IMG/VR virus record: IMGVR_UViG_3300023179_009191
Coordinates: 1 to 64,000 of that record
Origin: a virus
Length of the DNA: 64,000 nt
Direction: 5' to 3' (one strand)
In this document: in pieces, positions 48,718 to 57,833 of the stretch
Numbering within the stretch: the stretch's first letter is position 1
Layout of the letters: every line of letters starts with the position of its first letter
Made by a program: the position numbers and the translations under genes
The notes under the pieces: generated by a model
The model's input: the letters and a program-made list of their open reading frames with translations, nothing else
Database searches by the model: none
What the model was told of the DNA's origin: nothing

Positions 48718-49349
48718 TATTTGTTGCTCTTTTTGATATTATCAACTGCCCACAGTGGCTGTAGATTTTTAATATTAAAACACTCACTCACTTGAACAGG
48801 ATCACTGAGATTGAAGCTGGAGACAGGCCTGATATGATCAATGTGCCACAAGTGCATGTTATTCCAGGTCATGCCAGGCTGGAACAATGCTTCTATGTGT
48901 TGTCTGGCTTGAGTCCAGTGAGTGATGCCCAGCATGCATTTGGTATGCCTCTTCAGGTAGCTGGTAGCCTTGAGAGCAGCTCTGGTCCTGGCTCTGCATC
49001 TGACAGCAATCCTCTCCTCAGGTGTATTGGCTTTAAAGACTTCGGGATGTTCTCTGGTATACTTCTTGCGGTATTCACTCTGTTGCTGTTTGTTCTGTTG
49101 GTACCACTGTCTGCCTTTGATCAGTCTTTGCTCTCTTTGCTCAGCAGTTTCATGCATTCTTTTGGCCTTAGCACGCATAATCTCTTTCTGAATCCTGTCC
49201 TGGACATATGCAGGGTCTTTGCGCCTGTGTTGCAGATACTCTCTCTCACACTGTCTGCATGTTTGCTGCAAACCATGCTTGCCAGTCTTACACTTATTAA
49301 AGTCAGCAAAGTTTTTGTGTATTTTGCAGCTGCTACAGTATTTGGTCAT
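48714..49349 (-). CDS. HNH-type endonuclease with N-terminal CxxC zinc finger
   Basis: KYCSSCK...CRQC; WHIDHIRPVSSF...CFNIKNLQPLWAVDNIKKS. Confidence 0.8.
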   Translation of the reverse strand: MTKYCSSCKIHKNFADFNKCKTGKHGLQQTCRQCEREYLQHRRKDPAYVQDRIQKEIMRAKAKRMHETAEQREQRLIKGRQWYQQNKQQQSEYRKKYTREHPEVFKANTPEERIAVRCRARTRAALKATSYLKRHTKCMLGITHWTQARQHIEALFQPGMTWNNMHLWHIDHIRPVSSFNLSDPVQVSECFNIKNLQPLWAVDNIKKSNKY

Positions 49350-49434
49350 TTATATATTTATGCAAACACAATGAGATGGTCCACTATTTTTAGCATTGAT
49401 TTACTTGGATGGTTCAACTACAATAGGAGGTACA

Positions 49435-50118
49435 ATGCAAACAAATAATATTACAGGTGAAGTTACTAACAAGTTGGTGCAGATGTTTGAATACATCAAC
49501 GCTGAACTTGAATTAAATTTAGACACTCCAGTGTTTACTCTAATTCCTAATCGTGGCCGTCAGAGTTACTATGGATGGTTCTGGCAAGGACGGTGGCAGA
49601 GCGGCAAGAAGAACTTACCAGAGATTAATATTACTGCTGACACCCTCAAGAGGTCTGTGGAAGACATCTTTGAAACAGTTTTGCATGAATGTGTACATTA
49701 TGTGAATTGGTCCAAGGACATTGTGGACTGCAATGTGAACCAGTATCATAACAAAGCGTTCAAGAAGCAAGCTGAAGCATTTGGCTTGAAGGTCGAACGT
49801 ATGCGTAATAAGGGCTATGCGAAGACCTCATTAGATGAGAAGGCCAATAACCTGGTTAAGAAGTACAAATGCAAGTATTGCAAGGATGACAAGAATCCCT
49901 TTCATGTGTACCGGGTAAGTGAAGAGCGCATCTCTATCGTAAAGAAGAATCACAAGAGGTTCATTGCCATTGATGGTGCATTGGCCACACAAGCTGAAGG
50001 ACGGTATGACAGTGGCACCTTGCGTCAATTGGTAGAGCATTTGCTACAGTCATATGTATCTGAAGGTGATGTGTATGAACACATGGCCACAGGCAGTGTG
50101 CATGCAGAGGTCATGTAA
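49435..50118 (+). CDS. SprT-like zinc metallopeptidase
   Basis: TVLHECVH HExxH motif, YHNKAFKKQAE.FGL; AGGAGG RBS before ATG 49435. Confidence 0.8.
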   Translation: MQTNNITGEVTNKLVQMFEYINAELELNLDTPVFTLIPNRGRQSYYGWFWQGRWQSGKKNLPEINITADTLKRSVEDIFETVLHECVHYVNWSKDIVDCNVNQYHNKAFKKQAEAFGLKVERMRNKGYAKTSLDEKANNLVKKYKCKYCKDDKNPFHVYRVSEERISIVKKNHKRFIAIDGALATQAEGRYDSGTLRQLVEHLLQSYVSEGDVYEHMATGSVHAEVM

Positions 50119-50204
50119 CCGTGGTATGCATTGAACTGGCCCTAGTCATAGCCGTATTAAGTTTGTTATTGACCTGCCGCTACTAACCCCATACAATCAG
50201 AGGC

Positions 50205-50504
50205 ATGATGAATACACAAGTAACAGAATATAAGACCATTCCCACGCAATTCAAGAAGAAGGGATTTGTTTACACTCAATTGAAGAGAGAAGGTGCAAGG
50301 GCCATCTATCAACAGACCCGAGAGGGGTCGACCATTAACAATTACGAGGTAGTTAAGATTGGACGGCACAATGGCTACATCATGGGTGGTGTTGCAATTG
50401 AGCCAGCAGAGACCTATCCAGGCTCCAGCTTGTGGGGCATTACAGGGTGGACTTGCACTAGCTTGGAAGATGCTTGCAAGCGGTATGAAGCATTGAGCAG
50501 CTAA
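50205..50504 (+). CDS. Early hypothetical protein
   Basis: Promoter cassette; ETYPGSSLWG.TGW. Confidence 0.7.
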   Translation: MMNTQVTEYKTIPTQFKKKGFVYTQLKREGARAIYQQTREGSTINNYEVVKIGRHNGYIMGGVAIEPAETYPGSSLWGITGWTCTSLEDACKRYEALSS

Positions 50505-50657
50505 TGTTTGACATAGCTATGGTGCTAGGCTTTGCCTGGTTGCTGGGTTGGTGGACATGTTTTGTCACATTGAACAAAGCATGGAAGACAGACATGAAGC
50601 AAGCATTGTTGGGTTGGATTGTCAAGAAGATTGGCAAACCAGACTAGTCATTGCATG

Positions 50658-50729
50658 GGGCAGGTAGCTTAAAGGTGAAGCGCTCGACTCATAATCGAAG
50701 GAGTATTGGTTCAAGTCCAATCCTGCCCA
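50658..50729 (+). tRNA. tRNA with CAT anticodon, probably tRNA-Ile2 (lysidine) rather than Met
   Basis: GGGCAGG/CCTGCCC+A; CGA-CTCATAA-TCG anticodon arm as in ileX-type tRNAs; paired 1:72, so not an initiator. Confidence 0.85.
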
Positions 50730-51161
50730 AGGCCAGTGGTTGCATGATACAATCTGTAGCAGAGTACATGGAGATGAAACGCAAAGTGGCACATGCATTG
50801 GCATCAGATGATCATTGGTTTGTCAGCACCACAGTTGATTGTCTGAGCATGTACCCTGCCAGCATTCCATGGCATGTGTCTGAGAATGGTGCCAGTGCAC
50901 GCTAGACACTGGCAGTAATAGAGAACCCAGGCACGCGAATTCTGTCATATGCACAACTCAGTTCTGGTTTCTAGAAGGTGCATGCCAAATTTTTTTTGCA
51001 AAATCTCAGAGAATTCCATGTAGGGTTTTCCATAGCCAGTAGATTGCCGGTGCCGTAATCCAGCCTATCAGAACACCCAACACAATTAACACAGTACCTA
51101 CAGCACAATCATTCATGAACCATTTGACTGCTTGGTATAGGCCATGGCGCATATCCTTACA

Positions 51162-51632
51162 TTAATAATTGGCTTTTACGTACAATGAACTCAACACACT
51201 TTGTCCTGTGGCCACCCACCCAGCTCCACTGTCCATGGGTTCCACAGTGGAAGGTGTTTTCAGATATGCCACATCATTCAATGTGGACAAGTAAAAGCTA
51301 ACGGTTGCCAGAGTTTCCACAAACCACCGGTCCACTCCAGCATAGTTTGCATATCTCAAGTTTGTGTATGGTGCATTACTATATGTTGCATCTGGTACAC
51401 CTGGATTAAAAAAAATCAGATTTTTGGTATCCAAATTGATGTTGCTGGCACTCATGGTCACACTGAATGACAAATACCATCCATTCTTTTGATATTCAGG
51501 CACTGGTGCTGGTGCAGCCACACTCTGTGCCACAGGACAACCATTGTTTAACACAGATTTTAATGATAATCTGTTGTTCACAGCATTTCTTTTCTGTCTC
51601 TGCAAGTCTGCATATGTGGGTACATTGGGCAT
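51162..51632 (-). CDS. Late hypothetical protein
   Basis: GCATAAATA-ATTGC-ATG. Confidence 0.65.
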   Translation of the reverse strand: MPNVPTYADLQRQKRNAVNNRLSLKSVLNNGCPVAQSVAAPAPVPEYQKNGWYLSFSVTMSASNINLDTKNLIFFNPGVPDATYSNAPYTNLRYANYAGVDRWFVETLATVSFYLSTLNDVAYLKTPSTVEPMDSGAGWVATGQSVLSSLYVKANY

Positions 51633-51938
51633 GCAATTATTTATGCACAGTCTGTATCCACTTCATCCAATTCATCTGCATCTTCATCCATGTCATCATC
51701 TGGTGGATATATGTCCATTCTGATCATATGCTTTTATTCACCAGCTGCATCTGGTTTAAAGCACTTGTTGCACACAGCAATTGCTGTGTTTCTTTCTTGT
51801 TCTGCGTTGCATCTCCTGCAGATCATATGATTTGAATGTGGTCCCATGTTATTTATGGCCTCTATATTCTGAACTGTGCTGCAAGCGGCTGCGCCGCTCC
51901 AGGAATAGGGGAACAATCACAGCTCTTAAAAAAACAAT

Positions 51939-52136
51939 TTACTGATTGATGCTAGCAGACAATTTCTTTTTAAAATCTGCAACATACTTTGCAACAAACT
52001 TGTCCAAAGCTGCATTGGCTGCCTCAAGACCCTTGGACTTGGCAATCTTTGATACCTCATGCACATTCAATGCCACTGCCATGGTGTTGATAACTTTCTT
52101 GCCTGTGATAAAATTTGTTTCAATATTTAAATTCAT
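51939..52136 (-). CDS. Small late protein
   Basis: TAAATA-TTTGC-ATG. Confidence 0.6.
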   Translation of the reverse strand: MNLNIETNFITGKKVINTMAVALNVHEVSKIAKSKGLEAANAALDKFVAKYVADFKKKLSASINQ

Positions 52137-52316
52137 GCAAATATTTACTGCATGCAGTTAATAAGGCAACACCCACAATTTGAAGGCACATATCACCATG
52201 CACCCCAGGGCCACCAACACCATGACAAGAGCAGTGTTGCAAGGCCTCATCACATTATTTAACACCATGAACAAGCAGTGAAACTAAATTGGATGGAACA
52301 ATTCAGTTTGCAAACA

Positions 52317-52517
52317 TCAAGCCACCCTGGCCTTGCGAGCGTTGCGAACTTCTGTGATGCGCTTGCGCTCAGCTTTGCAAATGTCAGCAATGGCCTTCAA
52401 ACCCTTGCGCAGGCGGGAAGATGCTGCATTCTGTTCTTTGACAAAAAACTTTTCATGGTCTGTTGTCAATGCATTTGCCAAGTCAACTATCTGTGTGATG
52501 AAGTTATTGTTATCCAT
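52317..52517 (-). CDS. Histone H1-like (Hc1-type) small basic protein
   Basis: DHEKFFVKEQNAASSRLRKGL..IADICKAERKRI. Confidence 0.65.
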   Translation of the reverse strand: MDNNNFITQIVDLANALTTDHEKFFVKEQNAASSRLRKGLKAIADICKAERKRITEVRNARKARVA

Positions 52518-52713
52518 ATGTTTATATTAAAGGGGCATCACAAAAAATCAACTGCAATTGTTATTAAATATTTGCATGGTGCAGAAAACTAAAATTACTG
52601 CTGACCTTGTTTTGGATCTGTACAAACAAGCCAAAAAAACCACAGGCATCAAAAAAGAAAAAATGATGCACAAAATTATTTACCTGTCTCAACATTTGCA
52701 TGAGTATGTAAAT

Positions 52714-52959
52714 TTAGAAAAGATCACTGTCCAATAAAGATTGCCTGGGCTTGGTTTGGAACAATTTGGCTTGTTTTACTATGTGCTTCTTGTCATGGTT
52801 GAAGCGGTAAGACTTGCACACCGGGCACACATGATTTTTGTAATCCAATATGGAATCACAACATTCACACACTTTGAAAATGCTCCAATTTTGCATGACA
52901 AAATTGCACACCTCTTTGCGAGTCATGTGTTTTATCTGATCCAATTGTGACTTGGTCAC
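52714..52959 (-). CDS. Zinc-ribbon protein
   Basis: CECC...CPVCKSYRF. Confidence 0.55.
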   Translation of the reverse strand: MTKSQLDQIKHMTRKEVCNFVMQNWSIFKVCECCDSILDYKNHVCPVCKSYRFNHDKKHIVKQAKLFQTKPRQSLLDSDLF

Positions 52960-52971
52960 ATAAATACTTAA

Positions 52972-53445
52972 GTGAACAAAGATGTTTTATTGGAACAGGT
53001 TTACTTGAATAAACTCAAGCCCAACCAGAGTGCCAATCATACAGAAACCCAGCCCCAGAATGTTCCTGATGGTGCCCAAGTGCCTGTGGATTACCGTGAT
53101 GAACAGCAAGAAGAAACACCTGTTGCAGGGCCAATTAAAAGAGAGAGAGCAGGAGAACTGGTAAAAATAGACAAGTCTGATTTGGATAAATCTGAAGTGT
53201 TGGTGCATGGCTTTGGAGTTGTAACATTGGGGTATTTGAAACGCAATGTGTCAGAAAAATTTCAAGATTTATCCAAGAGAGTGTTGAACAATGAGCCCAA
53301 TTTTGTTTACAGCCGCATCAAAGAGAAGCATGGGTTCTTGATGCATGCCATCAAAGCATTGGTTGAAATTGAAAAAGACATAGAAAAGCTCAGAAGAGCA
53401 GGCAAAATGCCTGGCATGTTGCGCAGGTATAATTTCAATGCATAG
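52972..53445 (+). CDS. Late hypothetical protein
   Basis: CATAAATA-CTTAA-GTG. Confidence 0.65.
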   Translation: MNKDVLLEQVYLNKLKPNQSANHTETQPQNVPDGAQVPVDYRDEQQEETPVAGPIKRERAGELVKIDKSDLDKSEVLVHGFGVVTLGYLKRNVSEKFQDLSKRVLNNEPNFVYSRIKEKHGFLMHAIKALVEIEKDIEKLRRAGKMPGMLRRYNFNA

Positions 53446-53480
53446 TTGATATTTTAAAACCCGTTTGCATAATAATTTGT

Positions 53481-53918
53481 ATGGAAAAAACCATAGTAAC
53501 TTGGCGCAAGGTAATGTCACTGTGCAGCAACATTGTTGCTCAATTGAAGGACAAATATCCCAATGTTGTTGATTATGACATTGTTGGATTGAGCAGAGGT
53601 GGGCTTGTGCCTGGTGTTATTATCAGCAACATGCTCAACGTGCGGCAAATGCATGCCCTGGGCATGAGATCTTATGCAGATCAAGAGAAAACTGAAACAC
53701 ATGTGTATCAAGTTCCAGACATAGCATCCATGAGAAAAATACTTCTCATTGATGACATATCAGACACAGGTGAAAGTTTCAAGCAAACCCATGAAATGCT
53801 TGTGAACAAAGAAGTCATAACAGTGTCTTTGTTTTTAAAAGAAAAAACTAAATTTGTTCCCAATGTTTATGGGAAAAAAGTAAAACATGACCAATGGGTT
53901 GTATTTCCTTGGGAATAA
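53481..53918 (+). CDS. Type I phosphoribosyltransferase (Gpt/Hpt-like)
   Basis: VGLSRGGLVPG, PRPP loop ILLIDDISDTGES, WVVFPWE. Confidence 0.9.
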   Translation: MEKTIVTWRKVMSLCSNIVAQLKDKYPNVVDYDIVGLSRGGLVPGVIISNMLNVRQMHALGMRSYADQEKTETHVYQVPDIASMRKILLIDDISDTGESFKQTHEMLVNKEVITVSLFLKEKTKFVPNVYGKKVKHDQWVVFPWE

Positions 53919-54029
53919 ACAAGTTTTTTTGCTTGACAATTTTTGCAATTCATTTAAACTAGATTAAATAATAAAGAGTAATTTTTATACTGCCTTTGCA
54001 GGCTTGTGCCGTTGCCGGCAAACTACCTT

Positions 54030-54596
54030 ATGAAAACAAACACAAAAATAAACAAAACACTGCTGCTCAAACTGGTGTTAATTGCATCCACTGCATCAAT
54101 GAGCATTACTGATTATGCAGAGAGAAGCAAAACTATCCATGATATTAAAGCAGAATTAACTGGTGTGCCTCTTGTTCAAGAAAAGCAAAAAGCCAATCAA
54201 ATAGTAGTGCAGAATGATGGCATAAAGTATGGAGATGTTTTTGTGCCCAAAACTAATAACAGTGAATTCAAGATAATTACTGTGCGCTTGACAGTATATT
54301 GGGCCAAGGGTGGAGGAACTGATGGTGATAGTGCTAAAATGAAAAGCTCCACAGGTTATACGTTAAAACAAGGTGAGTCCATTGCTGTGGATCCACGCAT
54401 CATTCCTTACACCAGAGAAGTGATCATTCCCAATGTAGGTTTGGTGAAAGCTGTTGATACTGGCACAGATGTTAAACGTAAAACTGCATCCCATGGCAAA
54501 TTGCCTGTTATTGATGTGTTTTTTATGCATAAAAAAGATGCCATGTTGTTTGCTAATAAATACCCAAAAATCGTTAAAGTAGCTGTCTTAAACTAA
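54030..54596 (+). CDS. 3D-domain (MltA-like) cell-wall protein
   Basis: IAVDPRIIPY, AVDTG, IDVFF; hydrophobic N-terminus. Confidence 0.8.
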   Translation: MKTNTKINKTLLLKLVLIASTASMSITDYAERSKTIHDIKAELTGVPLVQEKQKANQIVVQNDGIKYGDVFVPKTNNSEFKIITVRLTVYWAKGGGTDGDSAKMKSSTGYTLKQGESIAVDPRIIPYTREVIIPNVGLVKAVDTGTDVKRKTASHGKLPVIDVFFMHKKDAMLFANKYPKIVKVAVLN

Positions 54597-54614
54597 TAAA
54601 ACATAAATATATGT

Positions 54615-55055
54615 GTGCAAACGTTTAAGGAATTTTATGATTTTTCAAAATTAGCTAATAAAGATAGTAATTTTGAATCTAAGCACTCGAGTAAACTTGA
54701 TAAATTACAAATAGCTCTTGATGTAGCTGGATTAGAGCCTACTCAAACACTAGGAGCTATTCCTGATGGTGCAAACGCTGTTATCTCGCTTCTTAGAGCA
54801 GCAGCCTCAAAAGAACCAGATGTAAGAAAAAAACACTTAATTAATGCAGGTATAAGTGCAGTTGGGGTAATACCCTTTGGTGACGTTATTAAAGTTTTAA
54901 AAGTTAAAGGAGCAGCAAAGCCAGTTTTAAAAACAGCTATAAAAGGTGCGCGCCTTGCAAAAAATTATGCAAAGATGCAAAGGCAGCAAAGAGTATCACA
55001 AGTACCTGCTTCTGCTCCTGCTACATCTGCTGTAGCTCAAACTGCGGTAGCATAA
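54615..55055 (+). CDS. Late protein with pre-toxin TG-like helical domain
   Basis: MQTFKEF N-terminus; LDVAGL.P...DGANA.I....AGISAVGVIPFGD. Confidence 0.6.
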   Translation: MQTFKEFYDFSKLANKDSNFESKHSSKLDKLQIALDVAGLEPTQTLGAIPDGANAVISLLRAAASKEPDVRKKHLINAGISAVGVIPFGDVIKVLKVKGAAKPVLKTAIKGARLAKNYAKMQRQQRVSQVPASAPATSAVAQTAVA

Positions 55056-55723
55056 TGCATCCTGAGATTAAACATCAGCTCTACGGTGGTGATGTCTCTG
55101 ATTATTACAAAAAACCTGTACAAAAAGATGTTAAGCAAGAAAATAAAGAGCTTGCTGATATTTACGATACAATTAAAAAGAAACGATTTTTTGTAAAAGA
55201 AGATGCAGATTTGCCTCCATCTGCAATAATTCAAAAAGCAGAAGATACAAAGCTTACTTTTGATGAAATATTATCATTAATAAAGCAACATGAAGGCTAC
55301 AGGCATGAAATGTATCTGGATTCCAGAGGCATTCCTACCATTGGCATTGGGTTTAATTTGACAAGACCTGATGCTAAAAAAATACTGCAACAAGTGGGTG
55401 CCAGTCATGAAAAAATCTTGACCAAACAACAATCACTCTCTGATGATCAGATTCAACAAGTTTTTCAAATTTGTATCAATATAGCTTATCAAGATGCAAA
55501 GAAATGGATGCCCAGTTTTGATTCTCTTCCTAAACACATTAAATTGGCCATTTTAGACATGTCGTTTAACTTGGGATACCCGCGTTTGAGCAAATTTATT
55601 AAAACCAAAGATCACATAATACAAGGCAACTACAGAGATGCTGCACAGGAAATTAAAAGCAGCAAATGGGCTACACAAGTAGGCAACAGAGCCAAAAATA
55701 TAGTTAATCTTTTTTCTTCTTAA
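55055..55723 (+). CDS. GH24 (T4-type) lysozyme with N-terminal extension
   Basis: HEG.R..MYLDSRGIPTIGIGFNL, DMSFNLG, SKWATQVGNRA. Confidence 0.9.
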   Translation: MHPEIKHQLYGGDVSDYYKKPVQKDVKQENKELADIYDTIKKKRFFVKEDADLPPSAIIQKAEDTKLTFDEILSLIKQHEGYRHEMYLDSRGIPTIGIGFNLTRPDAKKILQQVGASHEKILTKQQSLSDDQIQQVFQICINIAYQDAKKWMPSFDSLPKHIKLAILDMSFNLGYPRLSKFIKTKDHIIQGNYRDAAQEIKSSKWATQVGNRAKNIVNLFSS

Positions 55724-55901
55724 TTTTCTTTTTTTTCTTTGGAAGAATAATGGGCGTGGTTTTCACGGAGCTAGGAAACGTGTTGTTTATGTCACCTGAC
55801 GTCATGCCTGTGTCAGGCCCAGCATTTATGGCATTTTGAGACATGGTTCTTTGCACAAATGGAGAAATAAATTCTTCGTAGAAGAACTGTTTAAAGTTCA
55901 T
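55704..55901 (-). CDS. Small late protein with poly-Lys tail
   Basis: MNFKQFFYEE start, coupled to the fibre gene. Confidence 0.55.
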   Translation of the reverse strand: MNFKQFFYEEFISPFVQRTMSQNAINAGPDTGMTSGDINNTFPSSVKTTPIILPKKKKKIKKKKD

Positions 55902-57079
55902 TTTTTTTGTTCCAATTTGTCGTTCAATTCTTTGATACTTTCAATGAGCAGGGGTATTAATTTTTGATAATTTACAGCCTTGACACCTGAGTTTCTGCTC
56001 TGTACTGCTTCTGGCACAACTTGTTCAACTTCTTGTGCAATAACACCTGTATCAGCTCCATGCAAGTGTTCATTGCAACCAGGTTTCCAATCAAAATTAT
56101 AGCCTGAAATTTTATTTAATTTTTGCAAAGGTGTTTCAATTTTTTTGATATTTTGCTTCATGGTCACATCTGAAGTATAGAAAGCAATGATATCACCATC
56201 TGAAATTATGGTGCTCTTGGAGCATAATGTGCCAGTAACAGTGGTAGGAACACTTATGTTCACTTTGCTACTAGCCAGTGTCATGTAATTAGAATCAATG
56301 CTAAAAGTAGCTCCTGCTGGTATATTCACAACAGTAATACCATTGCTTCCTGTGAGTGTAGAGGCTGCAATAACTTCATTTATATTGATGGCTGATAAGG
56401 TAGAAGAGCTGATCCTGCCTACCACTTGATTGGGTTGCACAGACAAGATTGCTGGGCCAGCAACACCATTGGTAATATTTGCATACAGTGAGTTGGCTGC
56501 AATGTGTTGCAAGTTGGTATTTGCAACTCCTGTGGAAACAGAACCTAGTGCAATTGCAATTTGAGCAGCAGCAGAAGGCTTTACAATTGTCAATCCATCC
56601 ACTGCATTGCTGTTTAATTTTGTAACAGTAACAGCTTGTGTTTGCAAATTTAATTGCTGGTTTGCATCATAAAAAAATTCAGATGAATTTATGAGAGTGC
56701 CCACATCATAGGCTTGAAAATCAGATGATAGAGGCACATTGGATGAACTGTAGTTGGATCTGGCAGAAAGACTATAAATGGTTCGTGTGGATTTATCAAA
56801 AATTATGTCTCCTTTTTCTGATCCACTCAGAGCAAGCACATTGTATGCCTGTTGACTGAAACCTGAATTGTTATAATTGCCAAACAATGCATTCACAGCA
56901 CCTAAATTTCTCATGCCCACTGCAATGCCACCATATTGACCATTGCCTATGTACAGTCTCTGTGTATCAATACAATAGGCAGGTTCTCCTATTTCAAAAG
57001 CGATGCCTGTGGTGTTTGTTGTTCTTCTCTGTGCATCAAAGCCTCTTCTTATGATAATCTTAGTAATATCGTTTGGCAT
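55898..57079 (-). CDS. Tail fibre protein (Mtd-N-like N-terminus, C-terminal S74 chaperone)
   Basis: KIIIRRG...GEPAYCIDTQRLYIGNG; TSDVTMKQNI...GVIAQEVE...VNYQKLIPLLIESIKEL. Confidence 0.85.
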   Translation of the reverse strand: MPNDITKIIIRRGFDAQRRTTNTTGIAFEIGEPAYCIDTQRLYIGNGQYGGIAVGMRNLGAVNALFGNYNNSGFSQQAYNVLALSGSEKGDIIFDKSTRTIYSLSARSNYSSSNVPLSSDFQAYDVGTLINSSEFFYDANQQLNLQTQAVTVTKLNSNAVDGLTIVKPSAAAQIAIALGSVSTGVANTNLQHIAANSLYANITNGVAGPAILSVQPNQVVGRISSSTLSAININEVIAASTLTGSNGITVVNIPAGATFSIDSNYMTLASSKVNISVPTTVTGTLCSKSTIISDGDIIAFYTSDVTMKQNIKKIETPLQKLNKISGYNFDWKPGCNEHLHGADTGVIAQEVEQVVPEAVQSRNSGVKAVNYQKLIPLLIESIKELNDKLEQKK

Positions 57080-57121
57080 GATTTAAATTATTTATATAAA
57101 AGTATAAATATAAATATAATA

Positions 57122-57358
57122 ATGACATCCAAAAACATGTATTCTGCTGTTTTAGATAGAAATACAGTCAAAGTATTCAATGTGGTCTCTGGTGCTAAAG
57201 AGTATACCATCAACTTAGGATCAGATACAGTAGTCAGCGGGCCTGTAATTTCTGGAGAAACACTTAGTTTTGTGGCTAAAAATTTTAAAGGTGAAACCAG
57301 GGGCAAAGTATATAATTTAGCCAAGGGTAACCTAAAGTACAGTTTCAGTGTGAGATGA
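57122..57358 (+). CDS. Small late protein
   Basis: TATAAATA upstream. Confidence 0.6.
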   Translation: MTSKNMYSAVLDRNTVKVFNVVSGAKEYTINLGSDTVVSGPVISGETLSFVAKNFKGETRGKVYNLAKGNLKYSFSVR

Positions 57359-57359
57359 T

Positions 57360-57746
57360 ATGAAAAGACACAGCTCCAACAACATAACCACCATAAAAAA
57401 AGATTTAGCTGCACTCTATAAAACAGTTTATCAAGGCAATGGTACGCCTTCTATTGTCAATCAAATAACAAAATTAAATGAACAAGTTAAATCTCTGGAA
57501 CAAAAGATGGATACAAAGTTTGAAGGCTTTGAAACTGAAATGAGCCTTAAATTTAAGAACATTACCGACGTGGTCACAGAAAAATTCACAAATTTAAGTG
57601 ATCAAATAGAAAGAGAGTTTAATTCAGAAAAACTAATAACTGATAAAAAATGGAGCCATAAAACTTCCATTACCACTGCTTTGCTTGCTTCTGTTACCTC
57701 TGTTTTTGTTGTTTTTATTACAGAAGTTTTGAAAAGATTACATTGA
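57360..57746 (+). CDS. Coiled-coil protein with C-terminal TM
   Basis: YQGNGTPS, coiled coil, terminal hydrophobic helix. Confidence 0.65.
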   Translation: MKRHSSNNITTIKKDLAALYKTVYQGNGTPSIVNQITKLNEQVKSLEQKMDTKFEGFETEMSLKFKNITDVVTEKFTNLSDQIEREFNSEKLITDKKWSHKTSITTALLASVTSVFVVFITEVLKRLH

Positions 57747-57833
57747 TTTCCTGTAAAGTATCTTTATTATTTTGAATGTGATGCATTTAAAAATTTTTTC
57801 TAATTTTTATTCCTTTAAAGAATAAATTATTTC

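Larger units (their letters stand above)
32052..50210 (+). promoter_or_regulatory. Array of at least 20 sigma70-like early promoters, TTG(ACY)-16/17-(C/T)A(T/C)A(A/C)T-6-ATG(ATG)
   Basis: TTG at 32052, 32754, 32993, 33881, 36889, 37114, 38761, 42753, 43141, 43815, 44058, 44503, 44755, 44993, 45456, 45638, 46125, 46673, 47520, 48025, 50169. Confidence 0.85.

Noticed and set aside
50622-50905. ORFs overlapping 50658-50729
   Set aside because: They overlap a clear tRNA; only a shorter downstream ORF is plausible
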